Assembly: GCA_963422715.1 (NCBI GenBank)
Contig: OY730475.1
Span: 649,428-673,427, forward strand
Reading direction: 5' to 3'
DNA from: Dehalococcoidia bacterium
GTDB taxonomy: Bacteria > Chloroflexota > Dehalococcoidia > Lucifugimonadales > Lucifugimonadaceae
Length of the DNA stretch: 24,000 nucleotides
Part shown: positions 8,481 to 16,861 of the stretch, one piece after another
How positions within the stretch are numbered: the first letter of the stretch is position 1
Layout: every line of letters begins with the position of its first letter
Notes under the pieces: generated by a model
Database searches by the model: none
What the model was told of the DNA's origin: nothing
What the model saw: the letters and a program-made list of their open reading frames with translations, nothing else
Program-made: the position numbers and the translations under genes

Positions 8481-8518
8481 GTGATTTGCGCTTATCCTTG
8501 AACTATTGATATGAGGGA

Positions 8519-8974
8519 ATGCCTGCGCGTATTCAGGATATGACATCTGCTAGTGTAAACCAGCCTTATCCAGAACATATGGATGATGGCGATGGCGTGC
8601 CGCCGGCGAACGCGGACGAGTATTTCGCGCGCGGCTTGAAGTCGGCACAGATGGGATTCCCGGATAGAGCGGCGGATGATTTCGAGCAAGCGGCATGGCT
8701 CGATCCAGGCAATTTCCACATTCAATTCAATCTTGGGACCGCGTATCTAAGCATGGGAATGTTCGAGCAGGCAGTGATCAACCTAGACCGTGCATTGCGA
8801 CTGTCGCCGGACAGTTCAGATGCTCTGGGCAATCGAGCTGTTGCCCGCACCGCGCTAGGTCAAGATGAGCTGGCGCAATCGGATATCGACCGTGCGATTG
8901 AGCTAGGCGCACCGCCAGATGGGATGCGGGCAGTGGTGGAATATGTGAAACAGCGCCGCCGGCCAGCGGAATAG
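8519..8974 (+). CDS. tetratricopeptide (TPR) repeat protein
   Basis: About three TPR-like units (YFARGLKSAQMGFPDRAADDFEQAAWLDP; FNLGTAYLSMGMFEQAVINLDRALRLSP; LGNRAVARTALGQDELAQSDIDRAIELG). The start is uncertain (8519, 8540 or 8579). Confidence 0.7.
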   Translation: MPARIQDMTSASVNQPYPEHMDDGDGVPPANADEYFARGLKSAQMGFPDRAADDFEQAAWLDPGNFHIQFNLGTAYLSMGMFEQAVINLDRALRLSPDSSDALGNRAVARTALGQDELAQSDIDRAIELGAPPDGMRAVVEYVKQRRRPAE

Positions 8975-9031
8975 AATCTTCTATATCGATCGATAGCACA
9001 ATAGTTGTAACCCTAAAGGAATCGGTGCAAA

Positions 9032-10060
9032 ATGGTCAAAACTCGCGTCGGCATCATCAATGTAACCGGCTATGCCGGCTCTGAGCTGGCGCGCATTCTA
9101 TATCGACACACGGATGTCGAAGTGGTCCAGGTAACGGGGCGCAGTGCGGCGGGCAAGATGCTGTCAGAGGTATTCCCATATCTGCGCGACGCCGACATAA
9201 AGGTATCTCCGGCCCTTGATGCATCAGTGGATTTCGTTTTCTCGGCCTTGCCGCATGCCGCCAGCGCGGAAGCATTGATACCTTTCATCGAGCAATCAGT
9301 GCCATGCATAGACCTAAGCGCTGATTTCCGTCTGAAGGATCGCGCCACTTACGAGCAGTGGTATAAGATACAGCACCCGATTCCCGAATACCTATCGGAG
9401 ACGGTCTACGGTCTGCCGGAACTGCATCGGGCAAAGATCAAACGAGCCAGATTGGTCGCCAATCCGGGATGCTACCCGACGGGCACGATACTAGGCTTAG
9501 CGCCAGCGGTCGATGCCGGCATCGTGGATCCCGATGTGATCAGCGACTGCAAATCGGGTGTGTCTGGCGCCGGACGCAGCAACGACGCGAAGTACGGTTT
9601 CTCAGAGCTGAACGACAATATCTCTGCCTACGCGCTGAGCGGCCATCGCCATGCCCCGGAGATGATTCAGGAGCTGAGCAGTCGCTGCGAATCAGGCGAT
9701 ATATCCGTAACATTTGTGCCGCACCTCGCGCCGATGACACGCGGCATATTAGGCACTCACTACGCCAATCTCGCTTCAAACGACACCAATCAGCGCGACG
9801 TAGTGGATCTCTACCGCTCGTTCTATGGTGACGAGCCCTTTGTGCGCGTCATAGATTCGCCGCCTTCCACAAAGGAAACTTGGGGCAGCAACTACATACT
9901 CATCAACGTGAACGTGGATGAAGCGAATGGGCGTTTGATTGTTATCACCGCGCTTGATAACTTGATGAAAGGCGCTGCCGGAGCCGCGGTGCAGAACATG
10001 AATCTGATGCTGGGTATGCCGGAGGATGAGGCTCTGGATTCGTTATCAGTGTATCCATAG
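9032..10060 (+). CDS. argC: N-acetyl-gamma-glutamyl-phosphate reductase
   Basis: N-terminal Rossmann VGIINVTGYAGSELARIL, active-site ANPGCYPT and C-terminal DNLMKGAAGAAVQNMN. AAAGGA lies upstream of the ATG. Confidence 0.93.
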   Translation: MVKTRVGIINVTGYAGSELARILYRHTDVEVVQVTGRSAAGKMLSEVFPYLRDADIKVSPALDASVDFVFSALPHAASAEALIPFIEQSVPCIDLSADFRLKDRATYEQWYKIQHPIPEYLSETVYGLPELHRAKIKRARLVANPGCYPTGTILGLAPAVDAGIVDPDVISDCKSGVSGAGRSNDAKYGFSELNDNISAYALSGHRHAPEMIQELSSRCESGDISVTFVPHLAPMTRGILGTHYANLASNDTNQRDVVDLYRSFYGDEPFVRVIDSPPSTKETWGSNYILINVNVDEANGRLIVITALDNLMKGAAGAAVQNMNLMLGMPEDEALDSLSVYP

Positions 10061-10224
10061 CGCATCCGTTCATCTCAAGCTCTCGACACGCGCTGATTGC
10101 TAATAATCGCAAATCGCATTTCCCCTGCTGCAGAGCGTCTTCGAAGCGTGGATGGATGCATTAGCGGTGTTATGCTAAATAAGAGTGCCTGCTCTACATG
10201 CAACAGGCATGTTTAGTGTCTAGC

Positions 10225-10300
10225 GCCCCGTTGGTGCAGCGGTTAGCACGTCGGCCTTTCAAGCCGGAGATCACGGGTTCGAATCCCGTACGGGGTACCA
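10225..10300 (+). tRNA. tRNA-Glu (anticodon UUC)
   Basis: Hand-folded cloverleaf. Acceptor GCCCCGU/ACGGGGU (G1-U72 wobble). D arm GUGC-AGCGGUUA-GCAC. Anticodon arm UCGGC-CUUUCAA-GCCGG with UUC at 10258..10260. 5-nt variable loop. T arm ACGGG-UUCGAAU-CCCGU. A73 and an encoded CCA. Total 76 nt. Confidence 0.9.
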
Positions 10301-10428
10301 AATCTTATCCATCATCTGCGCGCGTCTAGCTGTCGACTGTGATGGGGCGTGAATCACAGTGTGGCGCCGATGCTCTTGAAGCGCTCTAAACCACCAATCC
10401 TTCGTGCACAAAGAGGAGACTCAAACCG

Positions 10429-10577
10429 TTTTAATTGGTGCGAATGCAATTAAAATTCAGGTGGCAAATTTGAATCGTCGATATTCTGATGAAAACGTTT
10501 TGAATCTAGACCGGCATGATTCAAATTAAGCATGTTAAATTTGAATCGTTGAAGTTGAGATGCAAAAGATTTTAATC
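10429..10577. promoter_or_regulatory. AT-rich intergenic region with an inverted repeat and an iterated TTTGAATC motif (operator/iteron-like)
   Basis: Inverted repeat TTTTAATTG-N9-CAATTAAAA at 10429..10455. AAATTTGAATCGT is repeated exactly at 10466..10478 and 10537..10549. TTTTGAATC lies at 10498..10506. An inverted copy GATTCAAATT lies at 10518..10527. A degenerate ATTTTAATC lies at 10569..10577, just before the Fic start. Confidence 0.55.
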
Positions 10578-10591
10578 AGTGATTGAAGATC

Positions 10592-11749
10592 ATGCGCCGT
10601 GAGATGCCCAGCCGATACGAAACTGTGAACTCCGCGGACGAGAGTTTCAGAGCCTTTATACCGCTACCGCCTTCACCGCCGTTGTCGACAGATAGCGAGT
10701 TGTTGCACCTTCTCGCAGATGCCATGCTGGCGCTGGGACGTCTGGACACGGCATCTTCCCAACTGCCGGATCAGTCGCTTCTCATTTACTCTTATATCCG
10801 CAAGGAAGCGGTGCTCTCATCGCAGATAGAAGGCACACAGTCTTCAATTTCAGATCTGTTGAGGTACGAACTGACGGGAATGCCGGGCGGCTTACGAGAT
10901 GACGTTGTAGAAGTGTCTAACTACGTTGCGGCGATGAATCATGGATTGCAAAGATTAGGCGAAGATTTTCCGCTATCGAATCGGTTGCTAAGAGAACTCC
11001 ATGAAAAACTGCTATCAAATGGCCGCGGCAGTGATAAGACGCCAGGTGAGTTCAGACGCTCGCAAGTATGGATCGGCAGTTCACGTCCCAGCGACGCTAA
11101 TTTCGTGCCGCCGCCTCACATCTATATTGACGATAGCATGGGGGAATTGGAACTCTTTCTACATGCTAAGGATGACGGTATACCGCCGCTGGTGCGCGCC
11201 GGATTGGCTCACGTTCAGTTCGAGACCATCCATCCCTTTCTCGACGGGAATGGGCGTATCGGGCGATTGTTGATTACATTCATGCTCTGCTCGGCCGGGA
11301 TCTTGCGACACCCGACTCTCTATCTGAGCCTCTACTTCAAACGACATCGATCCAGATACTATGAGTTGTTGAACGAGGTGCGGGCGACGGGTGATTGGGA
11401 AGCGTGGCTCAGATTCTTCTTGACGGGCGTGCGCGATACGGCAGAGAACGCTTACACCACATCACAGCGCATCTTTAACCTATTTGAGGAGCACGGCGCC
11501 AGCATTGAGCAGATAGGCACCCGTCGAGGATCTGTAGCTAGAGCGCATGAGGCTTTGAAAAAGATGCCGATCGCCTCGATAGCCGAGTTGAGCAAGCTTG
11601 CAGACATTACCTACCCTACGGTGTCATCAGCGATTGAGACGATGGTAGAGATGGGTATCGCGCAGGAGGTAACTGGCGGGCGAACCAATCGCCTGTTCGT
11701 GTATGACCGTTACATTGCGATACTGAACGAGGGCACAGAGATCGAGTGA
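10592..11749 (+). CDS. Fic family protein (Fic_N + Fic core + C-terminal winged-helix-like region)
   Basis: Fic motif HPFLDGNGRIGR at 11231..11266. Inhibitory-helix motif SSQIEG (SxxxEG) at 10817..10834. The C-terminal ~70 aa look wHTH-like. The track start is TTG 10583; the first ATG is 10592. Confidence 0.9.
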   Translation: MRREMPSRYETVNSADESFRAFIPLPPSPPLSTDSELLHLLADAMLALGRLDTASSQLPDQSLLIYSYIRKEAVLSSQIEGTQSSISDLLRYELTGMPGGLRDDVVEVSNYVAAMNHGLQRLGEDFPLSNRLLRELHEKLLSNGRGSDKTPGEFRRSQVWIGSSRPSDANFVPPPHIYIDDSMGELELFLHAKDDGIPPLVRAGLAHVQFETIHPFLDGNGRIGRLLITFMLCSAGILRHPTLYLSLYFKRHRSRYYELLNEVRATGDWEAWLRFFLTGVRDTAENAYTTSQRIFNLFEEHGASIEQIGTRRGSVARAHEALKKMPIASIAELSKLADITYPTVSSAIETMVEMGIAQEVTGGRTNRLFVYDRYIAILNEGTEIE

Positions 11750-11873
11750 ATCCATGCTAAGAACATACTTATTGGCAAGAGAATAGAATGAGATCAGGGA
11801 GCCTAAAATAACATCGCCGGCTGGGTAGACGAAGCAATTCAGATTCGTAAGCAATGCTCTTAAACTGTCAATC

Positions 11874-12314
11874 ATGAGTGTCGCGGGACAATTTAATGAA
11901 GAGTCATCTGCGGTTCAGACTCACCTGAATATTCTGCATGATGTTATCTCGCGCATGGCAAGGAACAGCGCGTCCTGCAAAACATGGTGCGTAACGCTAG
12001 TAGCAGCCACGCTGGTGCTGATCGCCAGGCTGGATGAGCCGAATTACGCCATCACCGCATTGCTTCCCACTATCGCCTTCTTGATTCTCGATGCTTATTA
12101 TCTCTCGCTGGAAAGACGTTTCCGACGTTCATACGATACCTTCGTCCATCGGCTTCACTCAGTAAGGCTAGAGGCAAATGATATATACACGATACAGCCC
12201 ATCGGCTCCGCGATCGCGGAGTTCCTTAACAGCCTGCTTCGCTCATTTTCGATATTGCCTTTCTACGGGGTAGTCTCGGCGCTAGTCATTATTGTTTGGA
12301 TACTCATCCTTTAA
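11874..12314 (+). CDS. hypothetical small membrane protein (about 3 predicted TM segments)
   Basis: Hydrophobic segments WCVTLVAATLVLIA, ITALLPTIAFLILDAYYL and FSILPFYGVVSALVIIVWILIL. The N-terminal amphipathic segment is QTHLNILHDVISRMARNS. I cannot name a family with confidence. Confidence 0.6.
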   Translation: MSVAGQFNEESSAVQTHLNILHDVISRMARNSASCKTWCVTLVAATLVLIARLDEPNYAITALLPTIAFLILDAYYLSLERRFRRSYDTFVHRLHSVRLEANDIYTIQPIGSAIAEFLNSLLRSFSILPFYGVVSALVIIVWILIL

Positions 12315-12343
12315 TTGAGTGCAAGCTCTATCTATACGCGTCG

Positions 12344-13828
12344 CTACACCGATGGCAGACCAGCATCGTCGCCAGTATCAGACTGCCAAATCCTGATCCG
12401 TGCCGCCATGTCGCGGATACGGTCCCGATGCGCCGAATCATTGTAAAGATTGGTCATTTCGTGCGGATCGCTATTCAGGTCGTACAGTTCGCACTGATCG
12501 GCCGGGCATAGGTTCAGTTTCCAGCGATCCGGGGTAATCACGGTGCGCCACGGCATCGATGCCATGCGATTGATCTCCGGCGTGCCCAAGTTGCGGTCGC
12601 CCATGCCATTCCATTGCACGAATACATCGTTTTCACTCAGATCGGCATCTCCTTTCAAAACTGAAGCCAGACTGTTCCCCTGCAGATGCTCCGGCATCGT
12701 TGAAACTGTCGCGCTACCGCTCAGATCCAGCAGTGTCGGTACGAGATCCACAAGAGAAACCGATCCCTTTATCCGTCTCGGCAGTTCCGAGGCATCGGGA
12801 TCAGAATTAGGCAGACTTATGAGCAGCGGCACCCGCGATGCCTCTTCATACATAGAGCGCTTCTCCAACATACCGTGGTCTCCGCCCATCTCGCCATGCT
12901 CACTAGTGAATACGATGACGGTATTGTCGAGTTGTCCACTATTTTGCAGAGCTTCCAGCATCTTGCCTACCTGGCGGTCTACAAGCGTGACGTTGGCGAA
13001 GTACTGCGCGCGCAGACCGCGCCAGCCATCTTCTGCCGTCAAGTCGTGGTAATCGGCAATGCCGAGCGGGTTTAAGTTGCCTGCCATATAGTAGTCGGCG
13101 CGCAGACGATTGATGAGCGAACCATCGTCCGGACGTTTTAGGAACGTCGGTCCGACGGCGATTTCTTGAGGATCGTAAAGGGAGTTCAACGGCCCGATGT
13201 AAGGAGGGTGCGGCTCGAAGAACGATACGTAGAGCATGAATGGCATATCAGAGCGTGCCGATTGGGGATGATCGGCAATGAAGCGCGCGGCGCTGTCGCC
13301 CAGGAACGATGCCTGCGTCTGATCCTCGGCAAGTTCTGCTGTTGCTACCCAACTCTCATAAGACTCCCAAGTGGCGGGCGGTTCAATGCCATGCCGTCGC
13401 AGGTGCGCATTGTAATCAGCCTCTATGAATCGGTACTCGCGCCGAGTGGCGCGCACGCGCTGAAAATCTTCAACGCTCACCCATTCATCAAAGCCGTGCT
13501 GTCGGATCATATCGTCACCGAGATGCCACTTGCCGAAGTAGGCGGAATAGTAATCTTCGTCGATCATCTCGGCTATCGTTTTACAATCGGCGGGCAGTGG
13601 TATATTGTTGCGATGCAGTCCAACCGCATGGGGATAGAGCCCCGTCATGATCGATGCCCGGCTCGGAGTGCATACGGGCTGAGTCACATAAGCATTGTCA
13701 AAGATGAATGATCGATCCGCGATGCGATCCAGGTTCGGCGTATGAATCCAGTCGTTTCCATAGCAGGCAAGCGAATCTTGCCGTTGCTGATCGGTGAGAA
13801 TGAACAGGATGTTCGGTCGGTCATTCAT
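12344..13828 (-). CDS. sulfatase (Cys-type, formylglycine-dependent)
   Basis: N-terminal NILFILTDQQRQD, the sulfatase signature CTPSRASIMTG (C-x-P-x-R), and the downstream VIVFTSEHGEMGGDHG metal/active-site region. No obvious signal peptide. Confidence 0.9.
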   Translation of the reverse strand: MNDRPNILFILTDQQRQDSLACYGNDWIHTPNLDRIADRSFIFDNAYVTQPVCTPSRASIMTGLYPHAVGLHRNNIPLPADCKTIAEMIDEDYYSAYFGKWHLGDDMIRQHGFDEWVSVEDFQRVRATRREYRFIEADYNAHLRRHGIEPPATWESYESWVATAELAEDQTQASFLGDSAARFIADHPQSARSDMPFMLYVSFFEPHPPYIGPLNSLYDPQEIAVGPTFLKRPDDGSLINRLRADYYMAGNLNPLGIADYHDLTAEDGWRGLRAQYFANVTLVDRQVGKMLEALQNSGQLDNTVIVFTSEHGEMGGDHGMLEKRSMYEEASRVPLLISLPNSDPDASELPRRIKGSVSLVDLVPTLLDLSGSATVSTMPEHLQGNSLASVLKGDADLSENDVFVQWNGMGDRNLGTPEINRMASMPWRTVITPDRWKLNLCPADQCELYDLNSDPHEMTNLYNDSAHRDRIRDMAARIRIWQSDTGDDAGLPSV

Positions 13829-14056
13829 TGTCGGGCCTTTCCTGCGCTAGAAGATCGTTTGGCGTGCCGTATATATCGTATCTATCAGGTTACATACAGG
13901 TTCAAAATCATGAACCGCGCATCTAGTCGCATTCGCTGCCGATTAAAGCGCTGGCTAGCTGGATGTGGACAACCAAGAGTGTTAGCGCGCGATGCTCTAG
14001 AATCGAGATGAGGCGTTGCGCGTTACAACCGGTTACTTGAAAGGCGGTTACCTATA

Positions 14057-14467
14057 GTGCCAGAGATAAATTCCGAAGCTGCATTTATAGCCCTACCGCG
14101 GCGAAGCCGTGTATCTCGGGGCAACAAGCGCGAGGATAGACCTTGGGGATCGTACGAGGTCTTGACGCGGGGAGCCGGTTTCCAGGTAAAGCGATTAAGC
14201 ATAAAGCCGGAGCAGCGTCTTTCCTATCAGTGGCATCGGCATCGTGCAGAGACCTGGACGGTAGCGCGCGGCATTGCGCTGGTGACGATAGAAGGCGAAG
14301 AGCGAACCCTGGGGCCGGCGCAGTCGATCCATGTTCCACGCACTCATAAGCATCGCATTGCCAATCCGTCATCGATCGAGCCACTGGAGATCATCGAGGT
14401 TCAGACTGGGGATTATCTAGGCGAGGATGATATCGTGCGCATTGAAGATGATTTTGGGCGGGATTGA
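14057..14467 (+). CDS. cupin-domain protein, type II phosphomannose isomerase C-terminal-like
   Basis: RPWGSYEVL...GFQVKRLSIKPEQRLSYQWHRHRAETWTVARG...HRIANP...LEIIEVQTGDYLGEDDIVRIEDDFGR resembles the ManC/PMI cupin module. GTG start. Confidence 0.75.
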   Translation: MPEINSEAAFIALPRRSRVSRGNKREDRPWGSYEVLTRGAGFQVKRLSIKPEQRLSYQWHRHRAETWTVARGIALVTIEGEERTLGPAQSIHVPRTHKHRIANPSSIEPLEIIEVQTGDYLGEDDIVRIEDDFGRD

Positions 14468-14586
14468 TGAAGGCAGTTGATCGAATAGATTCTGATTGGC
14501 ATTCTTGCGGTTCAATTATGAGCTAATGCGCAACCACCCAATCTGGCGAGTAACCGATAGCTTTTAGGTAGCGATCAATCGTTCCA

Positions 14587-15552
14587 TCATCTGGCGTTGG
14601 CGGTCGTAGTAGACAGAATTTCAAAGCGTACTGAGGAATCACGGTACCTCTGTATCTCGCTGAGCACTGCGCTCACCACATTCACCGCCACCGCGTTGCC
14701 AGCCTGTTTGCGCGTCTGGGAATCTGAGCACACAATCTTGAAATGCTCCGGGAAGCCTTGCAACCTTAGCATCTCACGCGGCGTCAAACGTCTTACGCCG
14801 TCTACCAGCAGGTAGTTGTATGAAGCGTTGGCGCGGAGCGCGCAGGAAAAAGGGTACGAGGAGATGTGTCCGCCCTTGTTTTCGTGCCAGATCGACGGCG
14901 AGGCGCTAGGTGTATGGGCATCCAGTCGTTTGCGGCGGATGTGTTCAGATACGTAGTGCTTGGTGGGTGCGTCTTGCTCTAACACTCTGCTCAGCGACTT
15001 CATCTTCTTACTTTTGAGGCGATGCCATTCGATTTGCGCGCCGATGCGGTTAGCCACTATAAATATCCTTTCGCGTTTTTGGGGCAATCCGAATTCCAAT
15101 GCATTCAGCACTCGGTGATCCACGGCGTACCCAAGCGATTCAAGCGATTTCAGGATGGTTTTAAGAGTCATGCCACCGTCGTTGGAGATGAGTTGCTTAA
15201 CGTTCTCCAGCACTATCCATCTCGGCCGTTTGGCGTGTATGATGCGTTCAATTTCGAAGAAAAGAGTGCCGCGGCGGTCTCTCATACCGTTCATCTTGCC
15301 GATGATGCTGAAGGGCTGGCACGGAAAACCTGCCAAAAGGACGTCGTGGTCTGGTATCTCAGATGCATCGACATCTCGGATGTCGCCTGTAGGCTCTTCA
15401 CCGAAGTTGGCAGCGTAAGCGCGTCGGCAGTGCGCATCAATCTCACTAGAGAATAAACATTGCCAGCCAATAGATTCAGCGGCTATCCTGAACCCTCCGA
15501 TGCCAGCGAATAGGTCTATGAAACTGAGCGGCGAGAATACTGATGGCGGCAT
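14587..15552 (-). CDS. dcm: DNA (cytosine-5)-methyltransferase
   Basis: Canonical C5-MTase motifs: I FIDLFAGIGGF, IV GFPCQPFS, VI ENVKQL, VIII QKRERIFIV, X GNAVAVNV. It is short (321 aa) with a small target-recognition region. Confidence 0.95.
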   Translation of the reverse strand: MPPSVFSPLSFIDLFAGIGGFRIAAESIGWQCLFSSEIDAHCRRAYAANFGEEPTGDIRDVDASEIPDHDVLLAGFPCQPFSIIGKMNGMRDRRGTLFFEIERIIHAKRPRWIVLENVKQLISNDGGMTLKTILKSLESLGYAVDHRVLNALEFGLPQKRERIFIVANRIGAQIEWHRLKSKKMKSLSRVLEQDAPTKHYVSEHIRRKRLDAHTPSASPSIWHENKGGHISSYPFSCALRANASYNYLLVDGVRRLTPREMLRLQGFPEHFKIVCSDSQTRKQAGNAVAVNVVSAVLSEIQRYRDSSVRFEILSTTTANAR

Positions 15553-15650
15553 ATGCAGATTATAGGCGCTTCAATCTGAAACTGGATTGTGGGATGAGCC
15601 GGCAGTGGATTTCATCATTCCAAAGTATATCGATGGAATAAACTAACCCC

Positions 15651-16097
15651 ATGTCTGAATCTGCAAATATCTCGGTGCCAGCCGCGACTGATGAGACGAC
15701 TCGCAAGTCGATGCAGTCTAATCGCCGAGCTGACACTAAGCCTGAAGTTCGGCTGCGCAGTTTGTTGCATCGCGCTGGTCTAAGATTCCGAAAGGATCGT
15801 TATATTCGGCTATCGGAGCGCGGCGTGAAAGTTGATGTGGTGTTTCCAGCCGCGCGCCTGGCGGTTTTCATGGATGGATGCTTCTGGCACCGTTGCCCCG
15901 AACATGCGACTATGCCGGCTAGCAATCGGAACTATTGGCGAGCGAAGTTCCAACGCAACATTGACCGCGATGATCGGCACAACCGCGAATTGGGCAAGCT
16001 GGGATGGATGGTAGTGAGAATCTGGGAGCATGAGGTGCGAGACGATGATCTGGCAGCGCATTCGGTCGCGCGCATCAGAGCAATAGTGAAGCGGTAA
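15651..16097 (+). CDS. vsr: very short patch repair endonuclease
   Basis: TKPEVRLRSLLHRAGLRFR, VDVVFPAARLAVFMDGCFWHRCPEH and NYWRAKFQRNIDRDDRHNRELGKLGWMVVRIWEHE align with the E. coli Vsr signature as I remember it. Confidence 0.93.
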   Translation: MSESANISVPAATDETTRKSMQSNRRADTKPEVRLRSLLHRAGLRFRKDRYIRLSERGVKVDVVFPAARLAVFMDGCFWHRCPEHATMPASNRNYWRAKFQRNIDRDDRHNRELGKLGWMVVRIWEHEVRDDDLAAHSVARIRAIVKR

Positions 16098-16207
16098 TAT
16101 GCATGAAGCAGCGATGTCTAGCATTGAAAATCTGTTGCTCGATGGCAACACAGCAGTGTGTGCTTCATGCCAGGCGTTTTGATCAATGAAGCTTGGAGGT
16201 AAGATTG

Positions 16208-16861
16208 ATGCGAGAAACTGAGCTAGTTGCGATACTAGAAACGGCCTATACCGGTGCGGTGTACGATGCCATGCGAGAACTCGATCTTCCAGACGGCATC
16301 TTGCCGCACGATATTCGCCCGTTAGATCCAGATAGCAAACTTATCGGACGGGTATGGACCTGTCGCGGCAACATGATGGATGGAGTGTCGCAAGATGATT
16401 CGCTGCTATCTTGGACCGGCATGTTGAGCGCGGCTCCGATCGGTTCGGTGGTGATTTGTCAGCCGAACGATTCCACGATCGCGCATATGGGCGAGCTGTC
16501 GGCGGAGACGCTGAAGTTTCGCGGCGTAAAGGGATATATCGTAGATGGTGGAAATCGCGACACTGATTTCATCTTGCGTCTCGGCTTCCCGGTATTCTGC
16601 CGATATCTCACGCCGGCCGACATCGTGTCGCGTTGGGTGGTTGACGCTATGGGCGATCCGATAATGATCGGCGACGTGAGAATTGAGAGCGGAGATTACG
16701 TGATCGCAGACCGTGACGGTGTCGTGATCGTTCCTCGCGACGGAGCATCCGCGGTAGCTAGACGCGTGCACGAAGTGATGAACACGGAGAATGAGTTACG
16801 GTCGATGATCTTGAAAGGCATGGAGCCGCAAAAGGCATATCTCAAATACCGTCGCTTTTGA
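16208..16861 (+). CDS. RraA-like / HMG-aldolase-family protein (second paralogue)
   Basis: GELSAETLKFRGVKGYIVDGGNRD and SGDYVIADRDGVVIVP. GGAGG at 16195..16199 lies 8 nt upstream of ATG 16208. The track start at 16193 is a TTG. Confidence 0.8.
   Translation: MRETELVAILETAYTGAVYDAMRELDLPDGILPHDIRPLDPDSKLIGRVWTCRGNMMDGVSQDDSLLSWTGMLSAAPIGSVVICQPNDSTIAHMGELSAETLKFRGVKGYIVDGGNRDTDFILRLGFPVFCRYLTPADIVSRWVVDAMGDPIMIGDVRIESGDYVIADRDGVVIVPRDGASAVARRVHEVMNTENELRSMILKGMEPQKAYLKYRRF

Noticed and set aside
8984-8995. 12-bp palindrome TATCGATCGATA 37 nt upstream of argC as an ArgR operator
   Set aside because: It does not resemble the ARG box consensus (TNTGAAT-AT-rich-ATTCANA), and the same ATCGATCGAT string also occurs inside uvrA. 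Probably chance.
12543-13711. Plus-strand ORFs of 169 and 181 aa antisense to the sulfatase
   Set aside because: The sulfatase frame carries the C-x-P-x-R signature and full-length family similarity, so the antisense frames are shadows.
13742-14011. 89-aa plus-strand ORF in the sulfatase/cupin divergent intergenic region
   Set aside because: It starts inside the sulfatase 5' end and is Arg-rich with no motif. The region more likely holds the two divergent promoters.
14587-16097. Calling dcm/vsr a restriction-modification system
   Set aside because: No endonuclease-like ORF is adjacent, so only the MTase plus mismatch endonuclease can be supported.
16101-16180. 10-bp inverted repeat GCATGAAGCA / TGCTTCATGC (16101..16110 and 16161..16170), with an inner GTTGC/GCAAC stem, after vsr as a terminator
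   Set aside because: The arms are 50 nt apart and the interior pairs poorly. The T4 run starts 6 nt after the stem. It is not a canonical intrinsic terminator and may be a weak structure only.
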